Shown: positions 53,429 to 61,575 of the stretch, one piece after another
Position numbering within the stretch: the first letter of the stretch is position 1
How the letters are laid out: every line of letters begins with the position of its first letter
DNA from: Acidobacteriota bacterium
GTDB taxonomy: Bacteria > Acidobacteriota > Terriglobia > Versatilivoradales > Versatilivoraceae
Length of the DNA stretch: 61,575 nt
Assembly: GCA_022821775.1 (NCBI GenBank)
Contig: JAJECY010000223.1
Coordinates: 1-61,575 of the forward strand
Direction of reading: 5' to 3'
The notes under the pieces: model-generated
The model's database searches: none
What the model was told of the DNA's origin: nothing
Seen by the model: the letters and a program-made list of their open reading frames with translations, nothing else
Made by a program: the position numbers and the translations under genes

Positions 53429-55926
53429 CGCTTCCACCCCCGCCAGGCCAGATCCAGCAGCAGCGCCGCCAGGATCAGGCTGCCCACCACCAGGTCCGTC
53501 TGTTGATCCGAAACCCCCCAACGCACCAGGGCGCTGTTGACCAGTCGCAGCAGCAGAGCGCCCAGCACCACCCCCAGCACCGTGCCCCGGCCGCCGGTGA
53601 TGCTCACGCCGCCGATGACGGCCACGGCGATGGCGCTCAGTTCCCAGCCGGCTCCCAGGCGGGCCTGCATCTGCTGGCCCATGGAGAGCTGGAGCACGCC
53701 GGCCAGGCCGGCCAGCAAGCCGCCCAGGCCAAAGGTGACCGGCCACAGGCGGGACTTGGAAAGACCCAGCAGGCCGGCGGCCCGGGGGGCCGAGCCCAGG
53801 GCATAGACGTGCCGGCCGCTGCGGGTGTGCGACATCCAGAGATAGACCAGCAGGACGGCCAGGGCCGCCACCACCACCGCTCCCCTGAAACCCGTTGCCG
53901 GATCGATGGCCAGCCGGCCGAACTCGGGCGGCAGTCCGGTCATGGGTTTCCCCCCCAGCATGGCGATCACCAAACCGCGGTAGATGGTCAGGGTTCCCAG
54001 GGTCACCACGATGGGGTGAAGTCCTCCCAACAGCGCCAGGACCGCGTTCAGAACGCCTGCCGCCGTTCCCGCCAGCAGTCCGGCCAGGATGGCCAGGGGA
54101 ATCAGAAGCTCGGCCGAATAAGGCAGCTTCAGGACCATGGCGGTGGAGGCCGCCGAGAGAGCCACCATCGAGCCGATGGAAATGTCGATTCCCCGGCCCA
54201 CAATGACCGAGGCGGCCGCCAGGCCCAGGATGGCCCAGAGCGAGGCGTGCGTCAGCAGGTTCAACAGGCTGAATCCCTCGGTGGAAACCGTCAGCCACAG
54301 GCCGAGTCCCGCCACGCACAGCAGCAGCGCCAACTCGTTGAAAGACCGCCCCTGAAACCGGGACCCGGGCGAAAGGCTCTCGGCAGCGGACGCTTCCCCT
54401 GCGCGCTGCCGGGGCAGAGCCAAGGCGGCGACCTCGGCGGGACTGGCTCGGCGGGGATCGAACTCCCCGGCGATCTCCCCCTCGCGAAAGACCACCATCC
54501 GGTCGGAATGTTCCAGGACCTCGGGCAGCTCGGAAGAGATCAGGAGGATGGCGCAACCCTCCCGGGCCAGGTGCCGCAAGTGCCGGTGGATCTCGGCCTT
54601 GGCGCCCACGTCGACTCCGCGAGTGGGTTCGTCCAGGATGAGCACCCTGGGCTGGGCCAGCAGCCAGCGCCCCAGGACCACCTTCTGCTGGTTGCCGCCC
54701 GACAGTTGTTGGACCGGTTGTTCGGTGGAGCGGTAGCGCACCTCCAGCCGTCCGGCGACCTGGCGGGTCGCCTGCTGCTCCCGGCTCCTGCTGGCCAGAA
54801 GGCCCCGGGTCCAACGTCTCAGGGTCGACAGCACCGCGTTGGAGCGAACGGGCAGACCCAGGCAGAGACCCTGGCTCAGGCGGTCCTCGGGGACGTAGGC
54901 GATGCCGGCCTTCAGCGCTTCCCGGGGCCGGTCGATGCGGCGCCGGCTGCCGTCTATCCGGACCAGGCCCTCGGCGGGTCTCAGGCCGAACACCGCCCGG
55001 GCAAACTCGCTGCGCCCGGCCCCGACCAGGCCGTAAATCCCCACAATTTCACCCGAACCTGCCTCCAGGTCGATCTGTCGGAAGCGATCCCCCCGGTCGG
55101 TGAACCCGCTGACCTGAAAGCGGGCGGGACCTTCCTTGACGGCGGGGGAGCCTTCCTGGCCGGAGGGAGCGGCTCCCAAGGTGGAGGCCGGCCGCCCCAC
55201 CATGGCCTCGATCATCTCCTCGGGACCGGCGGACTGCCTGGATCGGGTCCACACCTTGAGACCGTCACGCAATACGGTTATGCGATCGGCCAGTCGGAAG
55301 ATCTCTTCCTGGCGATGGGAGATATAGAGGATTCCGGCCCCGTCCGCCTTCAAGCGGGCAATCTGTTGGAAGAGCCAGCGGGCCTCCTCGCCGCTCAAGG
55401 CGCTGGTGGGCTCGTCCAGCACCACCACCCTGGCGTTCTGCAGGATGGCCGCGGCCACCTGGATCATCTGGCGGTGAGCCACGCTGAGCCGGGAGGCAGG
55501 CTGGCGGACGTCGATCCTCTCTCCGATCTGCCGAACCGTCTCCCGGGCCTGGCGGTGCACCCGGTTCCAATCCACCAGTCCCGCTCGCCGAAGCGGGAGT
55601 CCCGCGGCCAGCGCCATGTTCTCGGCAACCGAAAGGGTGGGGAACAGCTCCGCTTCCTGATGGACGGTGACCATCCCCTGGGCGCGGGCGGTGACCGGGG
55701 TGGACCAGCGTACCTCGCGGCCCTGGAAGAACAGCTCTCCGGAGTCGGGAGCCAGCGCTCCGCAGATGACCTTGATCAAGGTGCTCTTGCCGGCGCCGTT
55801 CTCGCCCACCAAGGCATGCACCTCGCCCGGAAACAGATCCAGGGAGACGCCACCGAGGGCCACAACCCCCGGAAAGGTCCTCCGAATATTCACCGCCTGC
55901 AGGATGGGAGGTTTCTCGTTTTTCAC
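53425..55926 (-). CDS. Fused sugar ABC transporter ATP-binding protein (two NBDs) and permease
   Basis: GTG 55926 (VKNEKPPILQAVNIRRTF..) is preferred to TTG 56016. NBD1: GENGAGKST, LSVAHRQM, VVVLDEPT. NBD2: GLVGAGRSE, LSGGNQQK, VLILDEPTRGVD. After a ~35-aa Ala/Ser/Gly-rich linker with no stop, a complete RbsC-type permease follows (..VGRGIDISIGSM..GGVSITGGRGTV..). Confidence 0.8.
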   Translation of the reverse strand: MKNEKPPILQAVNIRRTFPGVVALGGVSLDLFPGEVHALVGENGAGKSTLIKVICGALAPDSGELFFQGREVRWSTPVTARAQGMVTVHQEAELFPTLSVAENMALAAGLPLRRAGLVDWNRVHRQARETVRQIGERIDVRQPASRLSVAHRQMIQVAAAILQNARVVVLDEPTSALSGEEARWLFQQIARLKADGAGILYISHRQEEIFRLADRITVLRDGLKVWTRSRQSAGPEEMIEAMVGRPASTLGAAPSGQEGSPAVKEGPARFQVSGFTDRGDRFRQIDLEAGSGEIVGIYGLVGAGRSEFARAVFGLRPAEGLVRIDGSRRRIDRPREALKAGIAYVPEDRLSQGLCLGLPVRSNAVLSTLRRWTRGLLASRSREQQATRQVAGRLEVRYRSTEQPVQQLSGGNQQKVVLGRWLLAQPRVLILDEPTRGVDVGAKAEIHRHLRHLAREGCAILLISSELPEVLEHSDRMVVFREGEIAGEFDPRRASPAEVAALALPRQRAGEASAAESLSPGSRFQGRSFNELALLLCVAGLGLWLTVSTEGFSLLNLLTHASLWAILGLAAASVIVGRGIDISIGSMVALSAASTAMVLKLPYSAELLIPLAILAGLLAGTAAGVLNAVLALLGGLHPIVVTLGTLTIYRGLVIAMLGGKPMTGLPPEFGRLAIDPATGFRGAVVVAALAVLLVYLWMSHTRSGRHVYALGSAPRAAGLLGLSKSRLWPVTFGLGGLLAGLAGVLQLSMGQQMQARLGAGWELSAIAVAVIGGVSITGGRGTVLGVVLGALLLRLVNSALVRWGVSDQQTDLVVGSLILAALLLDLAWRGWKR

Positions 55927-55963
55927 TTCACGTCGGCTTGTCGCTTGGTTATTTGTCAGAGCT

Positions 55964-56460
55964 TTCCATGGGCTGACGCCCACGGCTAAGTGCTGGCGCC
56001 GCTTCGCGGCTCTCAAAGAAGCCGACTCAAGCAGCCTATGCGCAACTGAGAAACGCCATTCCCTTGACCAGCGCTTGACTCCTGTTCACCGGCATTTGCT
56101 GCCACCGCCTACGCGGCTCAACTCCCTTATGAGACGTTTCCCATGGGCTGACGCCCACGGCTAAGCGCTGGCGCCGCTTCGCGGCTCTCAAACGTCCCCC
56201 ATTCCCGATGTCCTGGAACGCCCAGGCTAGTGCCCGAGACATAGTCAATCAGAAAATCCTTACCCCTGCCAGTGTCGTGATTTCAGGGAGAGCGGTGAAG
56301 CCGCGGTTGACGTGGGTCGTCCGAGGAAACGCTCCCTACAGGCCCTCCTAATAAAGCGGCGTAGCCGCGCCAGCACTTAGCCGTGGGCGTTAGCCCATGG
56401 ACGTCGGATAAATCTCCCCTCGGCAGCCGCGAAGGCGGCGACTTAAGAACCGGGTTTCGA
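55964..56460. repeat. Family-III repeats: two direct and one inverted copy of a ~54-nt unit, plus degenerate pieces
   Basis: TTCCATGGGCTGACGCCCACGGCTAAGTGCTGGCGCCGCTTCGCGGCTCTCAAA (55964-56017). Near-identical copy at 56138-56192. Inverted partial copy at 56354-56400. Related fragments at ~56290-56325 and ~56424-56447. Each carries a GCCGC-ttc-GCGGC mini-hairpin. Confidence 0.75.
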
Positions 56461-56514
56461 GACCACACCCCCTCCCCAAAGGCACGCCAGCCAGGAACAC
56501 CCCCGTTTCAACCT

Positions 56515-56590
56515 GTATGATCCGCCCCGTCTTGTGGGGCGGCGGCTGGGCTGACCACTGACCACTGACCACTGATCACTGATCACCACT
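56515..56590 (+). repeat. Terminal-hairpin module plus (CTGACCACTGA)n arm overlapping the 3' end of the AttH-like gene
   Basis: TGTATGATCCGCCCC-gtcttgt-GGGGCGG (perfect 7-bp stem, 56522-42), then CTGACCACTGACCACTGACCACTGATCACTGATCACCACT (56551-90). The last four codons (SGDQ) and the stop of the AttH-like gene are encoded by the arm. Confidence 0.55.
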
Positions 56591-57709
56591 TCCTCCACGA
56601 AAAACATCGCTCATCGGCCGGCCGGAGTAACCGGTCATCTCCAGATATCCACGGCCGGTAACCGGATCGGCGCCGCGGGTGCCCGTCACCACCACCGCGC
56701 CCTCCCAGTAGGTGACCCGGGTGGAGCGCGGCGTGCGCAACTCCTGGTCCGGCTGGGCGGCGGTCACCGTCAGGCGGAGTTTCCGGCCGGGAAGGCTCAG
56801 GCGCCATTGGATCGGATAACGGGCCCCGCTGTGGGGAGACTGCCAGGTTTTCACCGGCTCCATGGTGAAGTCGGACAGGCCCAGGGCGCGGGATTGACCG
56901 GAGGCGTCCAGCAGCGTCCCGCCGGAATGGGGATCGCGCCGTCCGTCGGACCGCCGCAGTTGGAACAGCATCAGGTCCTCTCCGCTGTCCAACTGAAGCG
57001 CGAACCAGTCCCAACCGATCTGTTCCGGCTCCAGAAAGCTGGTGCCGAATTCATGGTCCATCCAGCTCAAGCCGGAGATTTCGAATTCCCGGCCGTCAAC
57101 CCGGATGCTGCCTCGGGTGGGCATCCGCGTGAGGGAATAGTAGTGGGAGGCGTTCCCCTCGCGGGCTCCTTTTTGGCTGAGTCCGGCCTGGCCGTGGAGC
57201 AGGGGTCGGCGGCCGGGCTCCAGTTCCAGGTCGATCCCGAAGTCCCCGTCCCGCGCCCGCAGCCGGTGGCGGCCGTCGCCGCCGAGCCCGGCCTCCCAAC
57301 TCTCGTTCCATACGCGGTAGGTCTTGGTGGAGGCTCCGGCCCATCCCGGCCCGGCCCGGTTCAACCGTTCGGCAAAGTGGAAGCGGCCGGTCTGCAGGTC
57401 GCTCAGCGCCAGGTGGGCCATGAACAGGTCGCGGACCGCCCAGCGGGAGGGGTTCTCCGGTCGGGTACGGACTCCGGCCCGAAAGAAGGTGAGCTGGAAG
57501 CCGAAGCGCCGCGAGCTGCTGTCCGCCAGGTTTCCGGTGTAATACCACCACTCGATCCGGTACTCGGGGTGGCTGGCGTGGTCGCGGGGGAATTGCAGGC
57601 GGTAGCCGGGGCCGGCCTGCCGCCAGGTCTGGGCCCAGCCGGCGCCCGCCAGCAGGCATGGAATCAGGACCGCCGCGAGCAGGAGTCGTAGACGGGACCA
57701 GGGCGGCAT
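56576..57709 (-). CDS. AttH-like lipocalin / hydroxyneurosporene-synthase (CrtC)-like domain protein, exported
   Basis: ATG 57709 (MPPWSRLRLLLAAVLIPCLLAGAGWA) is preferred to 57799. FPRDHASHPEYRIEWWYYTGNL..RRFGFQLTFFR is the hallmark N-terminal block of AttH/CrtC-like proteins. Confidence 0.8.
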   Translation of the reverse strand: MPPWSRLRLLLAAVLIPCLLAGAGWAQTWRQAGPGYRLQFPRDHASHPEYRIEWWYYTGNLADSSSRRFGFQLTFFRAGVRTRPENPSRWAVRDLFMAHLALSDLQTGRFHFAERLNRAGPGWAGASTKTYRVWNESWEAGLGGDGRHRLRARDGDFGIDLELEPGRRPLLHGQAGLSQKGAREGNASHYYSLTRMPTRGSIRVDGREFEISGLSWMDHEFGTSFLEPEQIGWDWFALQLDSGEDLMLFQLRRSDGRRDPHSGGTLLDASGQSRALGLSDFTMEPVKTWQSPHSGARYPIQWRLSLPGRKLRLTVTAAQPDQELRTPRSTRVTYWEGAVVVTGTRGADPVTGRGYLEMTGYSGRPMSDVFRGGSGDQ

Positions 57710-57815
57710 GAGAGATCTCACCCGGGGACGGAGCCGGGCACGGGGACCGCGACCCGGCGCGAAGCGCCCACCTGGAACCCGGCGAAGCATGAACGCCATT
57801 TCCTTTCCTTGACTC

Positions 57816-60389
57816 TCAGGCTTCCCGGGCAGGCGGCATCCGGCCGGCGCGGTAGGCGGGATAGATGCCCGAGAGGGCCGTGGCCAGCAGGATCAGCAGC
57901 GACGACTGCAGCAGGAATCCCGCCGGCAGGTGAAACTGGATGGTCCAGCCAAAGCTCTGGACGTTGATCACGAATACCAGGATAAGAGAGAGCAGGATCC
58001 CGGCCACCACTCCCAGGCCCTGGCTCACCGCCCCCAACAGCGCCGCCTCGATGATCACCATCTTCCGGATTTGCCGCTGCTCCGCTCCTGCCCAGCGCAA
58101 CAGGGCCAACTCCGGTTTGCGGTCTAGTATCAGCGTGACCAGGGTGGTCGCCACCCCCAGAATGGCCACGGCCACGGCGATGATTTCCAGAGCATAGGTA
58201 ATGGTGAAGGTATTGTCGAAGATTCGCAGGACTTCTGCCTTCAGAGACGCGTTGGTATGCACGAATACACGTGATTCGAGTGGGAGTGCCGCCAGGATTT
58301 CCGCGCGGACCCCTTCCGGGTCGAGTCCGTCCTTCAAATAGACCGCCAGGCTCCGGGGAGGCCGGTCTCCGTAGTACTTGCGGAAGGTGCTCCGGTCCAG
58401 AACCACAACTCCCTGGTCGCTTGAGTAGTCGTAGTAGACGGCGGCGACCCGAAAGCCACGCCGCCCCCGGTCCGTGTTGAGCACCAGCCGGTCCCCCACC
58501 GCCTTCCGGTGCCTGAGCGCAAAACTCTCCGAAACCACCGCGGCATCCTCACCGATGGCTGTTCTCATGGCCGATTGTCCCTGGCGGGGGGCCTTGATGA
58601 GCAGCCCTGACCGGTCCAGGTGGACCTTGAAGTCGCCTGATCCCAATAAGACCCTGCGGCCCTGGTAATCGATGACGAAACCGGTGAAGGGATCGACGGC
58701 GGCCACCCGAGGGTTATCGGCCACCACCCGCACCACCTCGGGAGAGAGGCTCGACTCCGAATAGACGTTGGAGCGGGTGGCCGGGGCCACAAAGAGATCG
58801 GCTCTCAGCGTCTGCTCGACCCAGTACTGGACTGTCTCCCGGAAGCTGCCGATCATGATGGTGATGGCCGTGACCATGGAAAGACTGACCGCCAGTGCCG
58901 CCACCGAGATCGAAATGCGCGGGATGGAGCCGCTGAGATTGGCGTTGGCCAGCAGGGCCTCCACCCCCGTCCAGCGCCTGGTGAGCCGCGAACCCGCCCG
59001 GCCTGAGAAATGCAGCACGACCGGAACCAGGAAGGCGACCGCGAACACGGTAGACAGGCAGGCCGCGTAGCCGAAGAGGGGAATGCCCTCGACCGAATCC
59101 AGGCAGGCGAACCCGACAGCCAGGGTCGAAAGGATCGGAGGAAGCCAGCGTTGCCTCCAGCTCAAGCGGAAACGGCTCTCGACCCGGTCAGCGCCCCTGA
59201 CCGCTTCGGTCGGCGCCACGCGCGAAGCTTCCAGGGCGGGAACCAGTGCCGCCAGCAAGGCCAGGGGGATGCCCACCGCGAATGCCAGAACCAGGTGTTC
59301 CGGACCGAGCGCCACCGGTTCGGCGGCCGATCGGATGTAGAGCCGATCCAGTGTGGAACCCGTCAGCCTGAGGGCGCCGCGGGCCATCCAGCCTCCCAGC
59401 AGCACGCCGAGAGCGCATCCCAGGGCCGCCAGCAGGCCGGCTTCGGCCAGGAACAGCCCCGCCACCTGGCGCCGGGAGCCTCCCACCGCCCGCAGGATCC
59501 CGACTTCCCGGCGGCGGGTGACGACCGAGAGAGACACCGTGTTGTAGATCAGAAACAGGCCGACCAGCAGAGCGATGTGGGACAGGGCGGTCAGGTTGAA
59601 GTGAAAGGACTCCAGCATCTTTTCCACCTGGCGCCCGCGGCGGGAGGGGCGCTGGACGGTCAATCCCTCGGGCAGCCGCGCGGCGATGGCGGCTTCGGCC
59701 CGGTCGATAGAGATCTCGGGCTTCAACCGCAGGTCGACGCGGTCGATCCGACCCAGGCGCCCGAGGAGCCATTGGGCGGCCGCGATGTCCATCAGGGCAA
59801 AGGTTCCGTTCAGAGCCCGGGCCGGCCCCCGGTCCAGCAGCAGACCGCGCACCGTAAGGGCTTCCCGGCGATCCCCGATATCGAGGTCCAGGCCGGAGCC
59901 CGGGTCCAGGCTGTGCCGCCGGGCCAGTTTCTGCGTCAGCACGATGGCGCCGGGGTCGCTGAGCAGCTCCAGAAATTCTCGGGGAGAGGGGGACTGCTGA
60001 CGGCCGGCAAACCGCACCAGGCGGTAGTCCCGAAAGGTCTCATCCCTGAGAATGTCGACCCCCAGAATCTTCAGCCACTCCCTGTCCCCCGAGGGGAATG
60101 AAGCCCTGGCTTCTCCCTCGATGACAGGACTGATCTGTCCGAACTGCTCCAGCCAGTCCAGTTCCAGCAGACGCTCTTCCCTCAAGCCGGAACCTGATCC
60201 GACGATCTCCAGCGAGGTCTTGCCGGCCACCATTTCCAGGGCCGTTTCGAAGCTCCGCACCGAGCTCTGATTGGCCATCCGAACCGCCAGCACCACGGCG
60301 ATGCCCAGGGCGACGCCCAGCACGGTGGCCAATGCGCGCAGCTTCTCCTCTCGGATGCGGCGCAGGATGAATGTCCGGAACAGGAACAC
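57816..60389 (-). CDS. ABC transporter permease with two FtsX-like domains (MacB/AttFG-type)
   Basis: 857-aa ORF with GTG start. Two 4-TM FtsX modules separated by large periplasmic regions. N-terminal ..LRALATVLGVALGIAVVLAV... Confidence 0.85.
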   Translation of the reverse strand: MFLFRTFILRRIREEKLRALATVLGVALGIAVVLAVRMANQSSVRSFETALEMVAGKTSLEIVGSGSGLREERLLELDWLEQFGQISPVIEGEARASFPSGDREWLKILGVDILRDETFRDYRLVRFAGRQQSPSPREFLELLSDPGAIVLTQKLARRHSLDPGSGLDLDIGDRREALTVRGLLLDRGPARALNGTFALMDIAAAQWLLGRLGRIDRVDLRLKPEISIDRAEAAIAARLPEGLTVQRPSRRGRQVEKMLESFHFNLTALSHIALLVGLFLIYNTVSLSVVTRRREVGILRAVGGSRRQVAGLFLAEAGLLAALGCALGVLLGGWMARGALRLTGSTLDRLYIRSAAEPVALGPEHLVLAFAVGIPLALLAALVPALEASRVAPTEAVRGADRVESRFRLSWRQRWLPPILSTLAVGFACLDSVEGIPLFGYAACLSTVFAVAFLVPVVLHFSGRAGSRLTRRWTGVEALLANANLSGSIPRISISVAALAVSLSMVTAITIMIGSFRETVQYWVEQTLRADLFVAPATRSNVYSESSLSPEVVRVVADNPRVAAVDPFTGFVIDYQGRRVLLGSGDFKVHLDRSGLLIKAPRQGQSAMRTAIGEDAAVVSESFALRHRKAVGDRLVLNTDRGRRGFRVAAVYYDYSSDQGVVVLDRSTFRKYYGDRPPRSLAVYLKDGLDPEGVRAEILAALPLESRVFVHTNASLKAEVLRIFDNTFTITYALEIIAVAVAILGVATTLVTLILDRKPELALLRWAGAEQRQIRKMVIIEAALLGAVSQGLGVVAGILLSLILVFVINVQSFGWTIQFHLPAGFLLQSSLLILLATALSGIYPAYRAGRMPPAREA

Positions 60390-60431
60390 GAAGGGCCTCG
60401 ACTGAGGAGGGCGGGGAATGCGGGCGGGGGC

Positions 60432-61157
60432 TCATCCCCCTTCATTGTCCCGGTCGGGTCGGGCGATGGGCCGCCGGGAATGCGTTTCCGACTCGATTCC
60501 GCCATCCACCATGTGCAACACTCGCTGGCCGGCAGCCGCCATCTCGGCCGAGTGGGTGGCCAGCAGCACCGTGACCCCCAGGGACCGGTTCAGTTCTTGC
60601 AGCAGTTCCAGCACGTCGGCCCCATTGGCGGAGTCCAGGTTCCCGGTGGGTTCGTCCGCCAGAAGCAGCAAGGGGTCGTGGCACACCGCACGGGCGATGC
60701 CGACCCGCTGCATCTCGCCTCCCGAGAGCTGCTGCGGGTAGTGGTCCAGGCGATGGAGCAAGCCCAGGCGCTCCAGCAAACCGGTGGCCTTCCGCCTGGC
60801 GACGTCAGGGGATACGCCGTCCAGCATCAGGGGAAGGGCGGTGTTTTCCACGGCGGTGAGGGTGGGCAGGAGATTGAAGGATTGAAAGACGAAGCCGATC
60901 CGACGGCGGCGGATTCGGGTCAGACTGGCTTCATCCAGGCTGCCCAGATCGGAACCGTCCAGCCAGATGCGTCCCCGGGTGGGATAATCCATACCCCCGC
61001 AGAGATGCAGCAGAGTCGACTTGCCGCACCCGGAGGGTCCCGTCAGGGCGACGAACTCTCCTTTTCCCAGGAACAGGTCCACCTCCCTGACGGCAACTAC
61101 CGGAGCCTCACCCCGGGTGTAGGTCTTTCCGACTCCCTCGACGCTGAGTACCGGCAC
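60432..61157 (-). CDS. ABC transporter ATP-binding protein (LolD/MacB/AttE-type)
   Basis: GGAGG lies 4 nt before GTG 61157. Walker [11 protein letters not shown]-loop, signature LSGGEMQRV, Walker [14 protein letters not shown]-loop ATHS. Confidence 0.9.
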   Translation of the reverse strand: MPVLSVEGVGKTYTRGEAPVVAVREVDLFLGKGEFVALTGPSGCGKSTLLHLCGGMDYPTRGRIWLDGSDLGSLDEASLTRIRRRRIGFVFQSFNLLPTLTAVENTALPLMLDGVSPDVARRKATGLLERLGLLHRLDHYPQQLSGGEMQRVGIARAVCHDPLLLLADEPTGNLDSANGADVLELLQELNRSLGVTVLLATHSAEMAAAGQRVLHMVDGGIESETHSRRPIARPDRDNEGG

Positions 61158-61247
61158 GCGTCCTCCCCGATTACAAACGGGGCTATGATAGCGTGAATAG
61201 GGGACGTTGTTGAATTACTGGAATAACTTGTATCAACCAGTTCATTC

Positions 61248-61575
61248 ATGCTTCGACGCGAGCTGAAATTCTACTGGATCGCCCTGTCGGCGGACTTCGC
61301 CTACATGTTGTTCGTCTTCACGGTGACCCGCCTGATGGCCGAAAATCAGGCCAGCCTGATGGCTCTGGGAATCCTGGGGGCGGTCTCCTCGCTTGGCTTC
61401 GGCCTGGGGGCTCCTCTCGGGGGCTGGGCTTCCGACCATTGGGGGGGGCGCCGCGTCGTCGCCGCCGGCGCCGCCGTCCAGGCATTGGTGCTGCTGGCAT
61501 GCATCCAATGGCATTCCGACCATCAATGGTTCTACCTCTATGCGCCGATTGGTGGCGTATCCGTCGGCCTGATGC
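61248..61575 (+). CDS. MFS transporter, N-terminal fragment (runs off the right edge)
   Basis: Not in the ORF track because there is no stop. ATG 61248 gives MLRRELKFYWIALSADFAYMLFVFTV..GILGAVSSLGFGLGAPLGGWASDHWGGRRVV (MFS motif-A-like G..sD..GRR). Divergent from the ABC operon. Confidence 0.6.
   Translation, partial: MLRRELKFYWIALSADFAYMLFVFTVTRLMAENQASLMALGILGAVSSLGFGLGAPLGGWASDHWGGRRVVAAGAAVQALVLLACIQWHSDHQWFYLYAPIGGVSVGLM

Overview
This is a high-GC chromosomal segment (well over 60% by eye). It carries about 46 credible protein-coding genes and one tRNA-Gly(CCC). I recognise no rRNA, CRISPR array, transposase, integrase or recombinase. Because of the GC bias, nearly every real gene has a long antisense shadow ORF in the six-frame track. 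I chose strands by recognisable motifs, signal peptides and Shine-Dalgarno sites, and refined starts where possible.

Gene content:
- Left edge: a YhaN/SbcE-type SMC-like ATPase, an exported pentapeptide-repeat protein and a Fic enzyme.
- Housekeeping genes: class I fumarate hydratase, Rieske/cytochrome b-dihaem c, an MltD-like lytic transglycosylase, a GT9 heptosyltransferase and a deoxyhypusine-synthase-like protein.
- Exported glycan and sugar-acid utilisation genes: GH33 sialidase, GH109-like oxidoreductase, BNR proteins, GH-like TIM-barrel and beta-propeller proteins, PQQ sugar dehydrogenase-cytochrome c, a bicupin-SMP30 lactonase, an HpcH aldolase, ThuA, a rhamnose-type ABC importer with an ATPase-permease fusion, and SSS and MFS transporters.
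- Also an AbrB/PIN toxin-antitoxin pair and an AttEFGH-like ABC operon.

The repertoire resembles Acidobacteriota or PVC-group soil and sediment bacteria. That is a guess, not a result.

The most unusual signal is non-coding. Roughly half of the spacers longer than 150 bp are occupied by related cassettes. These are built from inverted low-complexity arms ((CACGAAG)n, (GTGGTCAGTGG)n, (GTGGAGAGTGAAGAG)n, (CACAAAAG)n), a recurrent ACGGGGCGGATCAT hairpin, and decayed fragments that look like ends of four-helix-bundle (23S rRNA IVS protein) and GxxExxY genes. A further repeat family fills the 650-bp spacer at 55.9-56.6 kb.

The second candidate is a tandem pair of Tat-exported paralogues of unknown function (25687-28244). 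They head a putative periplasmic sugar oxidation/lactonase/aldolase locus.

All homology statements are by-eye motif recognition; no searches were run. Repeat coordinates are approximate to a few nt.
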